Below, piece by piece: positions 10,074-19,449 of a stretch of DNA of 64,000 nucleotides. Within the stretch, counting starts at the first letter, position 1. Every line of letters begins with the position of its first letter. The position numbers and the translations under genes were made by a program. The notes under the pieces are model-generated. The model made no database searches, was not told where the DNA came from, and saw nothing but the letters and a program-made list of their open reading frames with translations. The stretch is from contig CAWHDZ010000018.1 of NCBI GenBank assembly GCA_963828255.1, forward strand, positions 32,001-96,000. The letters are read 5' to 3'. This DNA is from an uncultured delta proteobacterium (GTDB taxonomy: Bacteria; Myxococcota; Myxococcia; Myxococcales; Anaeromyxobacteraceae).

Positions 10074-11096
10074 CTAGGTTCGCCGGCCCCGGACCCAGGC
10101 CTCGGCGATGCGCACGGCGTTCCCGGCGGCGCCGCGCCGGAGGTTGTCGGCCACCACGAAGAGGTCGAGCCCGTTCTCCTGCGAGCCGTCCTCCCGCACC
10201 CGCCCGACCAGGACCGCGTCGTCGTTCACGGCGAGCATGGGCATGGGGTAGATCCGCTCCTCCGGGGAGTCGATGACCTTGAGCTCGGACGAGGCGCGGA
10301 GCACCGCCCTGGCCCCGTCGGCGGAGAGCGGCCGGGCGGTCCTGAGATTCACCACCAGTCCGTGTGCGTAGAAGACCGGGACGCGGATGGCGGTGGCGGT
10401 CGCGGCCAGGGCCGGCGCGGCGAGAAGGCGGCGGAGCTCCGCGCCCACGGCGCCCTCCACGTCGGTGCTCCCGCCGGGCAGGAAAGCCCCCACCTGCGGG
10501 ACCAGGTTCATCCCCACCCGGTGGGAGAGGTCGGAGGGGTCTGGCTCCTCACCGTTGAGCAGCGCGACCAGCTCCTTCTCGAGCTGCCGCAGGCCGCCCC
10601 GGCCCGAGCCGGAGGCCGCCTGGAGGATGGTGACGACGACCCGCTGGATTCCGGCCTCCCGGTGGATGGGGGCGAGCGCCAGCGCGAGCGGGACCACCGG
10701 GCCGGACGGGCTCGCCACGACGCCACGGGCCTCCCCGGCGGCGACGTCGGCGTCGTTCACCCCGGCCACCACGAGCGGGACGCCCTCGACCGAGCGGAAG
10801 GCGCCCGAGAGGTCGATGGCCAGGCAGCCCTCCGCCCACGCCTTCGGGGCGAGCTCGCGGGCCACCGCGGCCGGGACCGCCAGGATGGCCGCGTCGCATC
10901 CACGGAAGGAGCGGTCTGTGAGGGTCTCGACCTCCAGCTCGTCGCCCCGGAACTCGAGGAGGTCGACCTCCGAGCGCGAAGTCGCGAAGAGCCGGAGCTC
11001 GACGGGGATCTCGCGTGATTCCAGGTCCTCCAGGACGGCCCGGCCCACCGACCCGGTCGCACCCACCACGGCGAGCTTCAGCGGTCTCACGGTCAT
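10074..11096 (-). CDS. Aspartate-semialdehyde dehydrogenase homolog (Usg-like, lacks catalytic Cys)
   Basis: VVGATGSVG, IDLSGAFR, QAASGSG, RVPVFYAH, ADNLRRGAAGNAV; NPNC motif replaced by SPSG. Confidence 0.85.
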   Translation of the reverse strand: MTVRPLKLAVVGATGSVGRAVLEDLESREIPVELRLFATSRSEVDLLEFRGDELEVETLTDRSFRGCDAAILAVPAAVARELAPKAWAEGCLAIDLSGAFRSVEGVPLVVAGVNDADVAAGEARGVVASPSGPVVPLALALAPIHREAGIQRVVVTILQAASGSGRGGLRQLEKELVALLNGEEPDPSDLSHRVGMNLVPQVGAFLPGGSTDVEGAVGAELRRLLAAPALAATATAIRVPVFYAHGLVVNLRTARPLSADGARAVLRASSELKVIDSPEERIYPMPMLAVNDDAVLVGRVREDGSQENGLDLFVVADNLRRGAAGNAVRIAEAWVRGRRT

Positions 11097-12010
11097 CGGC
11101 GGGACTCCTCGAGGAGCAGGTCGCGGAGCGCGGGCTCGAGCGACGGCCAGCGGAACCGGTATCCGAGCGCCAGCGCCGCCCGCGGCACCACGCGCTGGCT
11201 GGCGAGCACGACCTCGGCCATCTCGCCCAGCACGGCGCGGACGGCGAAGGCCGGAGCGACGAGCAGGCTGGGGCGCCGCAGCACGCGACCCAGCGCACGG
11301 GCCAGGTCGCGGTTGCGCACCGGGTCGGGCGCGGTGGCGTTCACCGGCCCCTGGGCGAGCGGGTTCTCGAGGGCCAGCCGGAGGATGCCGACCTGGTCGG
11401 CGACGTGGATCCAGGACTGCCAGAAGCCACCGTCCCCGATGGGGCCGCCGGCCAGCATCTTGAAGGGCAGGACGAGCTTGGGGAGCGCCCCACCCTCGGC
11501 GGCGAGCACGATGCCGGTGCGGACGAGCACCACCCGGGCCCGCTTCGCGGCCACACGGGTGGCCTCCTCCCACTCCTGGGCGACGTGCCCGAGAAAGTCG
11601 TTCCCGGCCGGGAAGGTCTCGTCCACCACCTCGTCGCCGCGCGGGCCGTAGAAGCCGATGGCGCTGCCGTTCACCAGCACCGCCGGCCCCCCGGCCGCGA
11701 GGACAGCGGCGACGTTCCGGGTGGCGAGCACCCGGCTGTCGCGGATGCGCTTGCGCCGCTCGTCGGTCCAGCGCCCCCCGGCCACCGGCTCGCCGGCCAG
11801 GTTCACGCAGGCGTCGCAGCGGGACAGCTCCTCCTGCCAGGGCCCGGCGACGGCCGGATCTCCCTTCACCATCCGTGTACCATCCGGCATCCCGGCGGGA
11901 GCGTCGCCGCGCGAGAGGGCCACCACCTCGTGGCCGTCTGCGGTGAGCGACGCGGAGAGCGCGCGGCCGATGAGCCCGGTGGCCCCTGTGACGAAGACGC
12001 GCATGGTCAT
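11093..12010 (-). CDS. TIGR01777-family NAD-dependent epimerase (YfcH-like)
   Basis: VTGATGLIG, VNLAGEPV, SAIGFYG, RTGIVL, SQRVVP. Confidence 0.92.
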   Translation of the reverse strand: MTMRVFVTGATGLIGRALSASLTADGHEVVALSRGDAPAGMPDGTRMVKGDPAVAGPWQEELSRCDACVNLAGEPVAGGRWTDERRKRIRDSRVLATRNVAAVLAAGGPAVLVNGSAIGFYGPRGDEVVDETFPAGNDFLGHVAQEWEEATRVAAKRARVVLVRTGIVLAAEGGALPKLVLPFKMLAGGPIGDGGFWQSWIHVADQVGILRLALENPLAQGPVNATAPDPVRNRDLARALGRVLRRPSLLVAPAFAVRAVLGEMAEVVLASQRVVPRAALALGYRFRWPSLEPALRDLLLEESRR

Positions 12011-12735
12011 GGGATCCCGTTGGGGAACTTCACCTCGGCCTCGCTCTTGCGGACGTAGTGGGGCTCGAGTGCGAAGAGTGCACGGTCGTCGAAGGGGACC
12101 GCCTCGAGGCGCGGAGCGGCGAGCCGCCCCACCGCGTCGCCGGAGGGGGTTTCGGGCGCGCCGTCGAGCCGGGGGAGCAGCGGCCCCAGCACGGCGGCGT
12201 GGGCGGCGAACCCCTCGCCGAAGCCGAAGGCCTTCCCCAGCCCCTCGATCCGCGAGGCCACCGCGTCCGGGGCGACCGCCTCCTCGGGACGGACCGCCGC
12301 GACGCCTCCCCCGGCGGCCCGGTAGAAGCCCGCGTAGACCTCCCCCTTGCGCGCGTCGAGCATGGGGACGAGCAGCGCGTCGCTCCCGGGCGGCAGCGCG
12401 GCGGCCGCCTCGAGCGCCATGGCGGCCAGGCTCGAGACGCCGGCGATGGGGCGCCGGTTGGCGTAGGCGAGCCCCTTCCAGGTGGCGAGGCCGATGCGCA
12501 GCCCGGTGAAGGAGCCGGGGCCGAGGCCGACGGCGAAGCCCTCCAGGTCGGCCACCTTCCGCCCCAGCACGGCGAGCAGGTCGGTGAGGGCGCCGGGGAG
12601 CCGGATGCCGTGCCCCACGCCGGGCCCGGCCTGCCGGTCGGTCCGGGTGGTCAGGACCTCGACCGCGCCGCCCCGCAGCTCGAGGAGCGCGCAGGAGAGC
12701 GTGGGGGTGGCGGTATCGATGGCGGCGACGAGCAT
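12007..12735 (-). CDS. tsaB: tRNA threonylcarbamoyladenosine biosynthesis protein TsaB
   Basis: AIDTAT, GPGSFTGLRIG, DARKGEVY, LEPHYVR. Confidence 0.95.
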   Translation of the reverse strand: MLVAAIDTATPTLSCALLELRGGAVEVLTTRTDRQAGPGVGHGIRLPGALTDLLAVLGRKVADLEGFAVGLGPGSFTGLRIGLATWKGLAYANRRPIAGVSSLAAMALEAAAALPPGSDALLVPMLDARKGEVYAGFYRAAGGGVAAVRPEEAVAPDAVASRIEGLGKAFGFGEGFAAHAAVLGPLLPRLDGAPETPSGDAVGRLAAPRLEAVPFDDRALFALEPHYVRKSEAEVKFPNGIP

Positions 12736-12752
12736 GGCCGGGGAGGGATCCC

Positions 12753-14426
12753 CTACCCCATCAGCCGGACGATGTCGTTCTTGAAGACGAAGATCATCAG
12801 GAAGACGAGCAGCAGGATGCCGACCAGGTTGGCGACCTCGCGGGTCCGCAGGGAGAGCGGCTTGCGGGTGGCCGCCTCGACCGCCGTGGCCACGATGTGG
12901 CCGCCGTCGAGGACCGGGATGGGGAGCAGGTTCATGAGGCCGAGGTTCACGCTGATGAGCGCCATCTTGAAGAGGAAGGAGGACCAGCCCTCCTGCGCGG
13001 CCTGGGCGGCGATCTGGAAGAGCATGATCGGGCCGCCCACGGTCTTGAAGCTGATCTCCCCCTGCACGATCCGGGCGATGCCGAGGGCGGTGAGGCGCAC
13101 CACCTCGCCGAGGTGCCCCACGGCGTTGCCCAGCGCCTCGCCGACGCCGATGGAGAGCGCCACCTCCTCGGCCATGAGCGCCTTCGAGGCGACGAGCCCG
13201 CGCTGGTCGGGGAAGAACCCCAGGACCACGCGGCGGCGCGGCTCGCGGGTCATCTCGTCCACGTACTCCTGGTCGGAGGGGACGAGCTCGGCGACCCGGC
13301 CATCGGCCAGGCCGAGCTTCACCGGCTTCCCGGAGAGGAACTCGGCCGACTGCTGGTTCAGCTCCCGGAAGGAGAGGACCGGCCTGCCGTTCACGGCGGT
13401 GATGGCGTCGCCGCGGCGCAGCCCGGCCAGGTCGGCGGGGCTTCCCGGGACCACCTCGGCGACGAAGGCGGAGACGAGGGGGTCTGCGGCGACGAAGGCG
13501 GGACGGCCGTCCACGCAGCTGGGCACCGCGTCGAGCTTCACCGGCGTGTAGCTGGAGACGGCGACGCCCGGGGCCCCGACCGGCGTCTCGCGGAGCACCT
13601 CGAGATCGACCGGCGCGCAGGGCGAGGCGCGGAGGACCCGGTCGAGCTCCCCCATGTTCTTCACCGGCGTCCCGCCCGCCCGGACCACGAGGTCGAACGG
13701 GGCGAGCGGACCGGCGCTCCCCGGAAGCACCGGAGCGACCACCGCCGCCGGCCAGGCCGGGGACACCCCGATGACGCCGCGCGTGACCGTCTCGACCGGG
13801 TTGGACTCCTTCTCGGCGGCCGGGATCACCGGCACGACGAGCTGCTGGCCGCCTCTTTCCACCGTGAAGTCGATCCGCTCGCCGGCGCGGGGGGCGACCA
13901 TCTCGCGGAGGTCGGAGAAGTAATGGATGGGGACCGGCTGCTTCCCGGGGACGGTCACGAAGACCACCCGGTCGCCGGCCTGGAGCCCGGCCCGCTGCGC
14001 CGCCGACCCGGGCATGACGGTGCCCAGGGTGGGACCGGGCACCGCCGAGCCATTCTGGGCCAGCGCCAGCGCGAAGTAGATGACCACCGGGAAGGCGAGG
14101 TTGGCGGCCGGGCCGGCGAAGGCGATGATGAACCGCTTCCAGGGCGGGGCCTCGAGGAAGCCGCGCCCGCGGTCCTCGGGCGCCACCTCGGCGCCCGGCT
14201 CGTCGCCCGCCATCTTCACGTAGCCGCCCAGCGGCAGCAGCGCGATCACGTACTCGGTCTCGCCGCGCCGGAAGCCGAGCAGCCTGGGGCCGAAGCCGAT
14301 GGAGAACTTCACCACCTTCACCCCGAGCAGCTTGGCCGCGATGAAGTGGCCGAGCTCGTGGACGAAGATGAGCCCTCCGAGGAGGAGGACGATCGATCCG
14401 ACCTTGAGGAGGATGTCGCTTGCCAT
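12753..14426 (-). CDS. rseP: RIP metalloprotease RseP with multiple PDZ domains
   Basis: HELGH, FSIGFGP, LPLGGYVKM, AGPAAN, NLLPIPVLDGGH; canonical position after dxr. Confidence 0.95.
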   Translation of the reverse strand: MASDILLKVGSIVLLLGGLIFVHELGHFIAAKLLGVKVVKFSIGFGPRLLGFRRGETEYVIALLPLGGYVKMAGDEPGAEVAPEDRGRGFLEAPPWKRFIIAFAGPAANLAFPVVIYFALALAQNGSAVPGPTLGTVMPGSAAQRAGLQAGDRVVFVTVPGKQPVPIHYFSDLREMVAPRAGERIDFTVERGGQQLVVPVIPAAEKESNPVETVTRGVIGVSPAWPAAVVAPVLPGSAGPLAPFDLVVRAGGTPVKNMGELDRVLRASPCAPVDLEVLRETPVGAPGVAVSSYTPVKLDAVPSCVDGRPAFVAADPLVSAFVAEVVPGSPADLAGLRRGDAITAVNGRPVLSFRELNQQSAEFLSGKPVKLGLADGRVAELVPSDQEYVDEMTREPRRRVVLGFFPDQRGLVASKALMAEEVALSIGVGEALGNAVGHLGEVVRLTALGIARIVQGEISFKTVGGPIMLFQIAAQAAQEGWSSFLFKMALISVNLGLMNLLPIPVLDGGHIVATAVEAATRKPLSLRTREVANLVGILLLVFLMIFVFKNDIVRLMG

Positions 14427-14496
14427 TGGGTCTTCGGTGTCCGGGGACAGCCCGGGTCTTACCCGGACAACCGCCGGCGTGCAGGGGGATTCCCGG

Positions 14497-15657
14497 TCAG
14501 GCCGGGTCCTTTCCCACCCGCCGCACCGCCTCGGCCCTTCCCCGGTCGGAGGCTTCGATGGCCTGGTCCACCGAGTCGAGCCGCTCCGGGCGATGGGCGT
14601 CGAGCACCTCGGCGCAGACCTGGGCGATGGCGTCGAAGGTGCACCGCCCCGCCAGGAAGGCTTCCACCACGCCCTCGTCGGCGCCGGAGAGGACCGCCGG
14701 GGCGGTGCCCCCCATCTCCAGCGCCCGGTAGGCCAGCGTGAAGGCCGGGAAGCGGGCCGGGTCGGGGGCCTCGAAGGAGAGGCGGCCCACCCGCGCCAGG
14801 TCGAGCGGGGGCAGGTCGAGGGGCATGCGGTCGGGGTGGCAGAGGGCGTAGCTGATGGGGCCGCGCATGTCGGACACGCCCAGCTGGGCCACCACCTGGC
14901 CGTCCACGTATTCCACCATGGAGTGCACGATTGACTCGGGGTGAACGAGGATGTCGATGCGGTCGGGCGGGACGTCGAAGAGCCAGCGGGCCTCGATGAC
15001 CTCGAGCCCCTTGTTCATCAGGGTGGCCGAGTCGATGGTGATCTTGGCGCCCATGGTCCAGTTGGGGTGGCGCAGGGCCTCGGCGGGGGTGACCTGGGGC
15101 AACCGCTCGGCCGGGAATCCCCGCAGCGGGCCGCCCGAGGCGGTGAGGATGAGCCGCCGCACCTCGGCGTGGTTGTGGCCGGCCAGCGACTGGAAGATGG
15201 CGCTGTGCTCGCTGTCCACCGGGAGGATGGAGACGTTCTTCTCGGCCGCCCGTCGCATGACGAGCTCGCCCGCCAGGACCAGCGACTCCTTGTTGGCGAG
15301 CCCGACGGGCTTCCCGGCCTCGACCGCCGCGGCCGTGGATCGCAGCCCGGCCCCGCCGGAGATGGCGGCCAGCACGAAGTCGGCCTCGTGGAGCGAGGCC
15401 ACCGCCACCGCCCCGGCCTCGCCGTGCCGGATCTCCGGGGCGTCCTTGCCGAGCCGCTCGCGCAGCCCTTCGGCCGCGGCCGCGTCGGAGACCGAGACCA
15501 GGAGCGGGCGGAATGTCCGGACCTGCTCGGCCAGCCGCTCGACGTTGCGCCCGGCGGAGAGGGCGACCACCTGGAACCGTCCCGGCGACCGCGACACCAC
15601 GTCGAGGGCCTGGACGCCGATGGAGCCGGTGGAGCCCAGGATGGAGAGGCGCTTCAT
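14497..15657 (-). CDS. dxr: 1-deoxy-D-xylulose-5-phosphate reductoisomerase
   Basis: LGSTGSIG, LANKESLV, PVDSEHSAIFQ, MGAKITIDSATLMNKGLE. Confidence 0.98.
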   Translation of the reverse strand: MKRLSILGSTGSIGVQALDVVSRSPGRFQVVALSAGRNVERLAEQVRTFRPLLVSVSDAAAAEGLRERLGKDAPEIRHGEAGAVAVASLHEADFVLAAISGGAGLRSTAAAVEAGKPVGLANKESLVLAGELVMRRAAEKNVSILPVDSEHSAIFQSLAGHNHAEVRRLILTASGGPLRGFPAERLPQVTPAEALRHPNWTMGAKITIDSATLMNKGLEVIEARWLFDVPPDRIDILVHPESIVHSMVEYVDGQVVAQLGVSDMRGPISYALCHPDRMPLDLPPLDLARVGRLSFEAPDPARFPAFTLAYRALEMGGTAPAVLSGADEGVVEAFLAGRCTFDAIAQVCAEVLDAHRPERLDSVDQAIEASDRGRAEAVRRVGKDPA

Positions 15658-16493
15658 CGGTGGAACCACAGGGAGCACGCGACCACCCAGGGCGCCACGA
15701 AGAGCACCGCGTCGATGCGGTCGAGCAGCCCGCCGTGCCCCGGGATGACCCTTCCGGAGTCCTTCACGCCGGCGGCCCGCTTGAGCATGGACTCGGAGAG
15801 GTCGCCGAGCGGCCCGAGCACGGCCCCGCCGGCTCCCACCAGCACCGCGGCCGGGACCGACAGTTCGGGAATGAAGAGCGCCTTCACCGCCAGTGCACCG
15901 AGGACGCTGCCGGCGGCCCCGCCCCAGAACCCCTCCCAGGTCTTCTTGGGGGAGATGCGCGGCGCCAGCGGCCGCTTGCCCAGGAAGCGCCCGGCGAAGT
16001 AGGCCAGCGTGTCGTTGGCCCAGGTCACCACGAAGAGGAGCACCACCCACTCCCAGCCCGCCCCCTCGCGCAGCGCCACCACCGCCGCGGGCAGGAGCCC
16101 GGCGTAGCCCCAGGCCAGCGCCGCCAGCGCCGCCGACCGCGGAGCCTGGGCGAGCTCGCCGCGCTGCAGCAGGGCGGCGACGAGCAGCGCGACCACCGCC
16201 CCGGCGCCGATCACGCCGGCCCAGTCCTGCAGGGGCTTGCCCCCGTCGTTCCAGAGCCAGGCGAAGATGGGCATGGCCGCGGCGCCGACGACGCCGACCC
16301 AGCCGGTGGGCAGCAACCGCTTCTCGAACATCCAGAGGAGCTCGCCGGCCGAGAGCGCGGCCGCGATGGCGATGAGCACCGCGAAGTAGCCGTGGCCGAG
16401 CCAGGTGAACCAGACGGCGAAGGGGAAGAGGACGAGCGCGGTGACGACGCGGACCGCCAGGTTGCGGTTCTGCTCGCTCGCCGCGGCGGCCAT
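15654..16493 (-). CDS. cdsA: Phosphatidate cytidylyltransferase
   Basis: WANDTLAYFAG, ISPKKTWEG, GDLSESMLKR..GVKDSG..IPGHGGLLDRID. Confidence 0.97.
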   Translation of the reverse strand: MAAAASEQNRNLAVRVVTALVLFPFAVWFTWLGHGYFAVLIAIAAALSAGELLWMFEKRLLPTGWVGVVGAAAMPIFAWLWNDGGKPLQDWAGVIGAGAVVALLVAALLQRGELAQAPRSAALAALAWGYAGLLPAAVVALREGAGWEWVVLLFVVTWANDTLAYFAGRFLGKRPLAPRISPKKTWEGFWGGAAGSVLGALAVKALFIPELSVPAAVLVGAGGAVLGPLGDLSESMLKRAAGVKDSGRVIPGHGGLLDRIDAVLFVAPWVVACSLWFHR

Positions 16494-17236
16494 CAGGCCC
16501 CCCCCACCTGGCCGGCGGTCAGCCCGAACCGGCGTTCCCGATCCTGGAAGTCGGCGATGGCGCCGAGCAGGTCGAGCTCGCGGAAGTCGGGCCAGAGGGT
16601 GTCCACGAAGACCATCTCGGCGTAGGCCGCCTGCCAGAGGAGGAAGTTGGAGATGCGCCGCTCCCCGCTGGTTCGCACCAGGAGATCCAGCGGGGGCAGG
16701 GACGCGGTCCAGAGGTTCCGCTCGATGGCCGCGGCGTCCACGGGACCGGCCCGGGCGGCGGCCTGGGCGGCCTGGACGATCTCCTCCTGGCCGCCGTACG
16801 ACAGGGCGAGCGTGAGCACCATGCCGTCGTTGCCCGCCGAGGCGGCGCGGACCGACTCGAGCCGCTCCCGCACGAAGCCGGGAAGGCGGTCGGTGTCGCC
16901 GATGGTGTGGAGCCGGATCCGGTTGTCGAGGATCTCGGCCCGCTCGGAGTCGAGGTACTCGGCGAGCAGCTGCATGAGTGCGCCGACCTCGTCCTCGGGG
17001 CGCCCCCAGTTCTGGGAGCTGAAGGCGTAGAGGGTGAGGGCCTCGAGGCCGATCTTGCGGGCCTCGCGGGTCACCGACCGGACCGACCTCGAACCTTCCC
17101 GGTGCCCCTCGACCCGCGACATCCCGCGGGTTTCCGCCCAGCGCCCGTTTCCGTCCATGATGACGGCGACGTGGCGCGGCAGGGGGCGCGCGCGGACCAG
17201 ATCCTCCATCCAGGGAACGAGATTTTTCTCGGCCAC
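16493..17236 (-). CDS. uppS: Undecaprenyl diphosphate synthase (isoprenyl transferase)
   Basis: HVAVIMDGNGRWA, YAFSSQNWGRP, RTSGERRISNFLLWQ, ERRFG. Confidence 0.97.
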   Translation of the reverse strand: MAEKNLVPWMEDLVRARPLPRHVAVIMDGNGRWAETRGMSRVEGHREGSRSVRSVTREARKIGLEALTLYAFSSQNWGRPEDEVGALMQLLAEYLDSERAEILDNRIRLHTIGDTDRLPGFVRERLESVRAASAGNDGMVLTLALSYGGQEEIVQAAQAAARAGPVDAAAIERNLWTASLPPLDLLVRTSGERRISNFLLWQAAYAEMVFVDTLWPDFRELDLLGAIADFQDRERRFGLTAGQVGGA

Positions 17237-17332
17237 GGGCGGGCTTATAGCACGCCACCCGGACCGGCTGGCCAGCGGAGGGGCGACCGGAAGGTTTGAC
17301 CCCTTGCCCCGGCGACCTCTATCCTTTTCTCC

Positions 17333-18460
17333 GTGCCCCCGCGGTGCGTCGGTCCATGGGAGATCCTGACGGTCATCGGCCGCGGTGGAGTGGGAACCGT
17401 CTACCGGGCCCGCCACCTCCTCGACGGCATGCCAGCGGCGGTGAAGCTCCTGGGTCCCGCTCCCGCCGTGGACCCCACCTCGGCCCGACGGCTGGCCCGC
17501 GAGTTCGAGGTGCTGCGCGCGCTCGAGCACCCCAACGTGGTGCGGGTCTTCGACGCCGGCCAGGCCGAGGGGTACTCCTGGCTCGCCATGGAGCTCGTCG
17601 AGGGGCTCGACCTCCGCACCTACCTGGCGCCCCTGGCCGGCAGCCCCATCCTCGAGCTCTCCTCCACCCACGGCACCTCTCCCGCCCACGAGGGGGTCGG
17701 GGGGCTGGTCTTCGACATGGAGGCCTGGCTGCGCGAGCCGGAGACCCACGCCGACGTGGAGGCGATCGTGGCCCGCCCGCCCGGCGCCGGCGTGGACGAC
17801 ATCCGGGCCTTCGCCGACCTCATGGAGGAGCCGGAGACCGCCGACCGATCCGGCTCGTGGGAGCGGGCCGCCGACCCGCCTCACGCCGTGGACCTGGCCG
17901 CGGGGGAGGAGCCGGAGCCGGAGCCCCCCTCGGCGGCGCTGGCGCTGCAGCTCAACCGGCCGGAGCGGCTGGCCCGGATGCGGTCCGTCATCGGCGAGGT
18001 GCTCGGCGCGCTCGACTTCGTGCACGGGCGCGGCTTCGTCCACCGCGACCTCAAGCCGTCGAACATCATGGTGGACGACGCGCGGCGGGCGCGGATCATG
18101 GACTTCGGCCTGGTGAAGCAGCTCACCGACGCGAGCGCCCTCACCCTGTCGAACCGGGTCGTGGGCACCTACCGGTACATGGCGCCGGAGCAGGCGGCCG
18201 GCCGCGACGTGGACCACCGCGCCGATCTCTGGAGCATGGGGGTGATCCTGTACGAGCTCCTGGTCGGGAGGCCCCCCTTCCCGTCGTCGGTGCCCGCCGA
18301 GCTGTGGCGGGAGATCACCACCGTCGAGCCGCCCTCCATCCGGGAGATGAACCCCGGCGCCGACCCGTTGCTCGCGGCCGCGTCGGAGCGGCTGCTGCGC
18401 AAGGACCCGGCGAAGCGCTTCCAGAGCGCGGCAGAGGTGCGCGCGGCGGCGAAGCTGTAG
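17333..18460 (+). CDS. Hanks-type Ser/Thr protein kinase, cytoplasmic, with large acidic insert
   Basis: GRGGVGTVY, AVK, HRDLKPSN, DFG, GTYRYMAPE, DLWSMG. Confidence 0.93.
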   Translation: MPPRCVGPWEILTVIGRGGVGTVYRARHLLDGMPAAVKLLGPAPAVDPTSARRLAREFEVLRALEHPNVVRVFDAGQAEGYSWLAMELVEGLDLRTYLAPLAGSPILELSSTHGTSPAHEGVGGLVFDMEAWLREPETHADVEAIVARPPGAGVDDIRAFADLMEEPETADRSGSWERAADPPHAVDLAAGEEPEPEPPSAALALQLNRPERLARMRSVIGEVLGALDFVHGRGFVHRDLKPSNIMVDDARRARIMDFGLVKQLTDASALTLSNRVVGTYRYMAPEQAAGRDVDHRADLWSMGVILYELLVGRPPFPSSVPAELWREITTVEPPSIREMNPGADPLLAAASERLLRKDPAKRFQSAAEVRAAAKL

Positions 18461-18806
18461 CGGCGTCTACGCCGTGGACGGCGCAGGTCTCGCGCACGAC
18501 GGGGTTGCTGGCAAAGGACCGTGCAGTTCTCCACCGTGGACTCCCCGCCCCTCCCCCGCTTCAGGAGCGCCAGGAATGCCGGCGACACCGTCCCGTGCAT
18601 CCGGCTCTCCTCCCGCGTGAGCGGGTCCACCACGGTCCTCCGCACCTCGGGGACGGGCCTCACGCCTTCGGGGTGGGTCCGATCCCGTCCTACCGGTAGG
18701 ACGCCCTCAGGCTCCGGTTCAACCGGCGCCAGGAGTCGAACTCGGCGACGGTGAGGAGGGCGTCGACGGCGGTGCATTGACAGACCACCTGGCTACAATC
18801 CCCCCC

Positions 18807-19436
18807 GTGTCCCTCATCCCCTCCGGCGAGCTCTCCTACGCCTCCCTCGTCTCGGAGTTCTTCCTCCAGCTCCGCGGGACGGGGCTCCTGCTCTCCCCGC
18901 TCGACCAGGAGCTTGTCGCCGAGTGGGAGCGGCGCGGGGTCCCCGCGTCGGTGGTCTGCCGCGGCATGCGCCGCGGCTGGGACGACCTCGCAGAGGGGCG
19001 CGCCCCGGGCGCCGCCCCCCCGCGATCGCTCCGGGCGCTCCGCGGCTTCGTCGAGGAGGAGTGGCGGGCCTACCGCGACGGACGGGTCGGAGACGGGGGC
19101 GCGCCGGAGCCGGAGGCCGACGCCGCGCGACGCCGTCTCTCCGCTGCGCGCGCACTCCTCGCCGAGGCGGGCGCGGCATCCTCGCTCCTCCCCGACGACG
19201 TCTCGTCCCTGCACGACCTCGAACGCGCCCTGGCCGCCGCCGACGACCAGATCCTCCACCGCTGGATCCTCTCCCTCCCCCGCCCGGAGCGCGCCGCGCT
19301 CGGCCCCCGCTGCCGCCTCCTGGCCGGCGAGCGGACCCGCCGGGCCCGACGCTCCGCCTACCGGGAAACCCTGCGGACATACCTCTTCGAGGCTGCCCGC
19401 CGGGCGGGGATACTCCACCTCCGCGGGACCGTGTAG
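18807..19436 (+). CDS. Hypothetical protein with N-terminal DnaD/DnaB(DDBH2)-like segment
   Basis: GC3-rich ORF; FFLQLRG..LLLSPLDQELVAEWERRGVPASVVCRGM resembles the DnaD-domain helical pattern; directly upstream of a DnaC-like ATPase. Confidence 0.6.
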   Translation: MSLIPSGELSYASLVSEFFLQLRGTGLLLSPLDQELVAEWERRGVPASVVCRGMRRGWDDLAEGRAPGAAPPRSLRALRGFVEEEWRAYRDGRVGDGGAPEPEADAARRRLSAARALLAEAGAASSLLPDDVSSLHDLERALAAADDQILHRWILSLPRPERAALGPRCRLLAGERTRRARRSAYRETLRTYLFEAARRAGILHLRGTV

Positions 19437-19449
19437 ACTCCGCCGCCCG

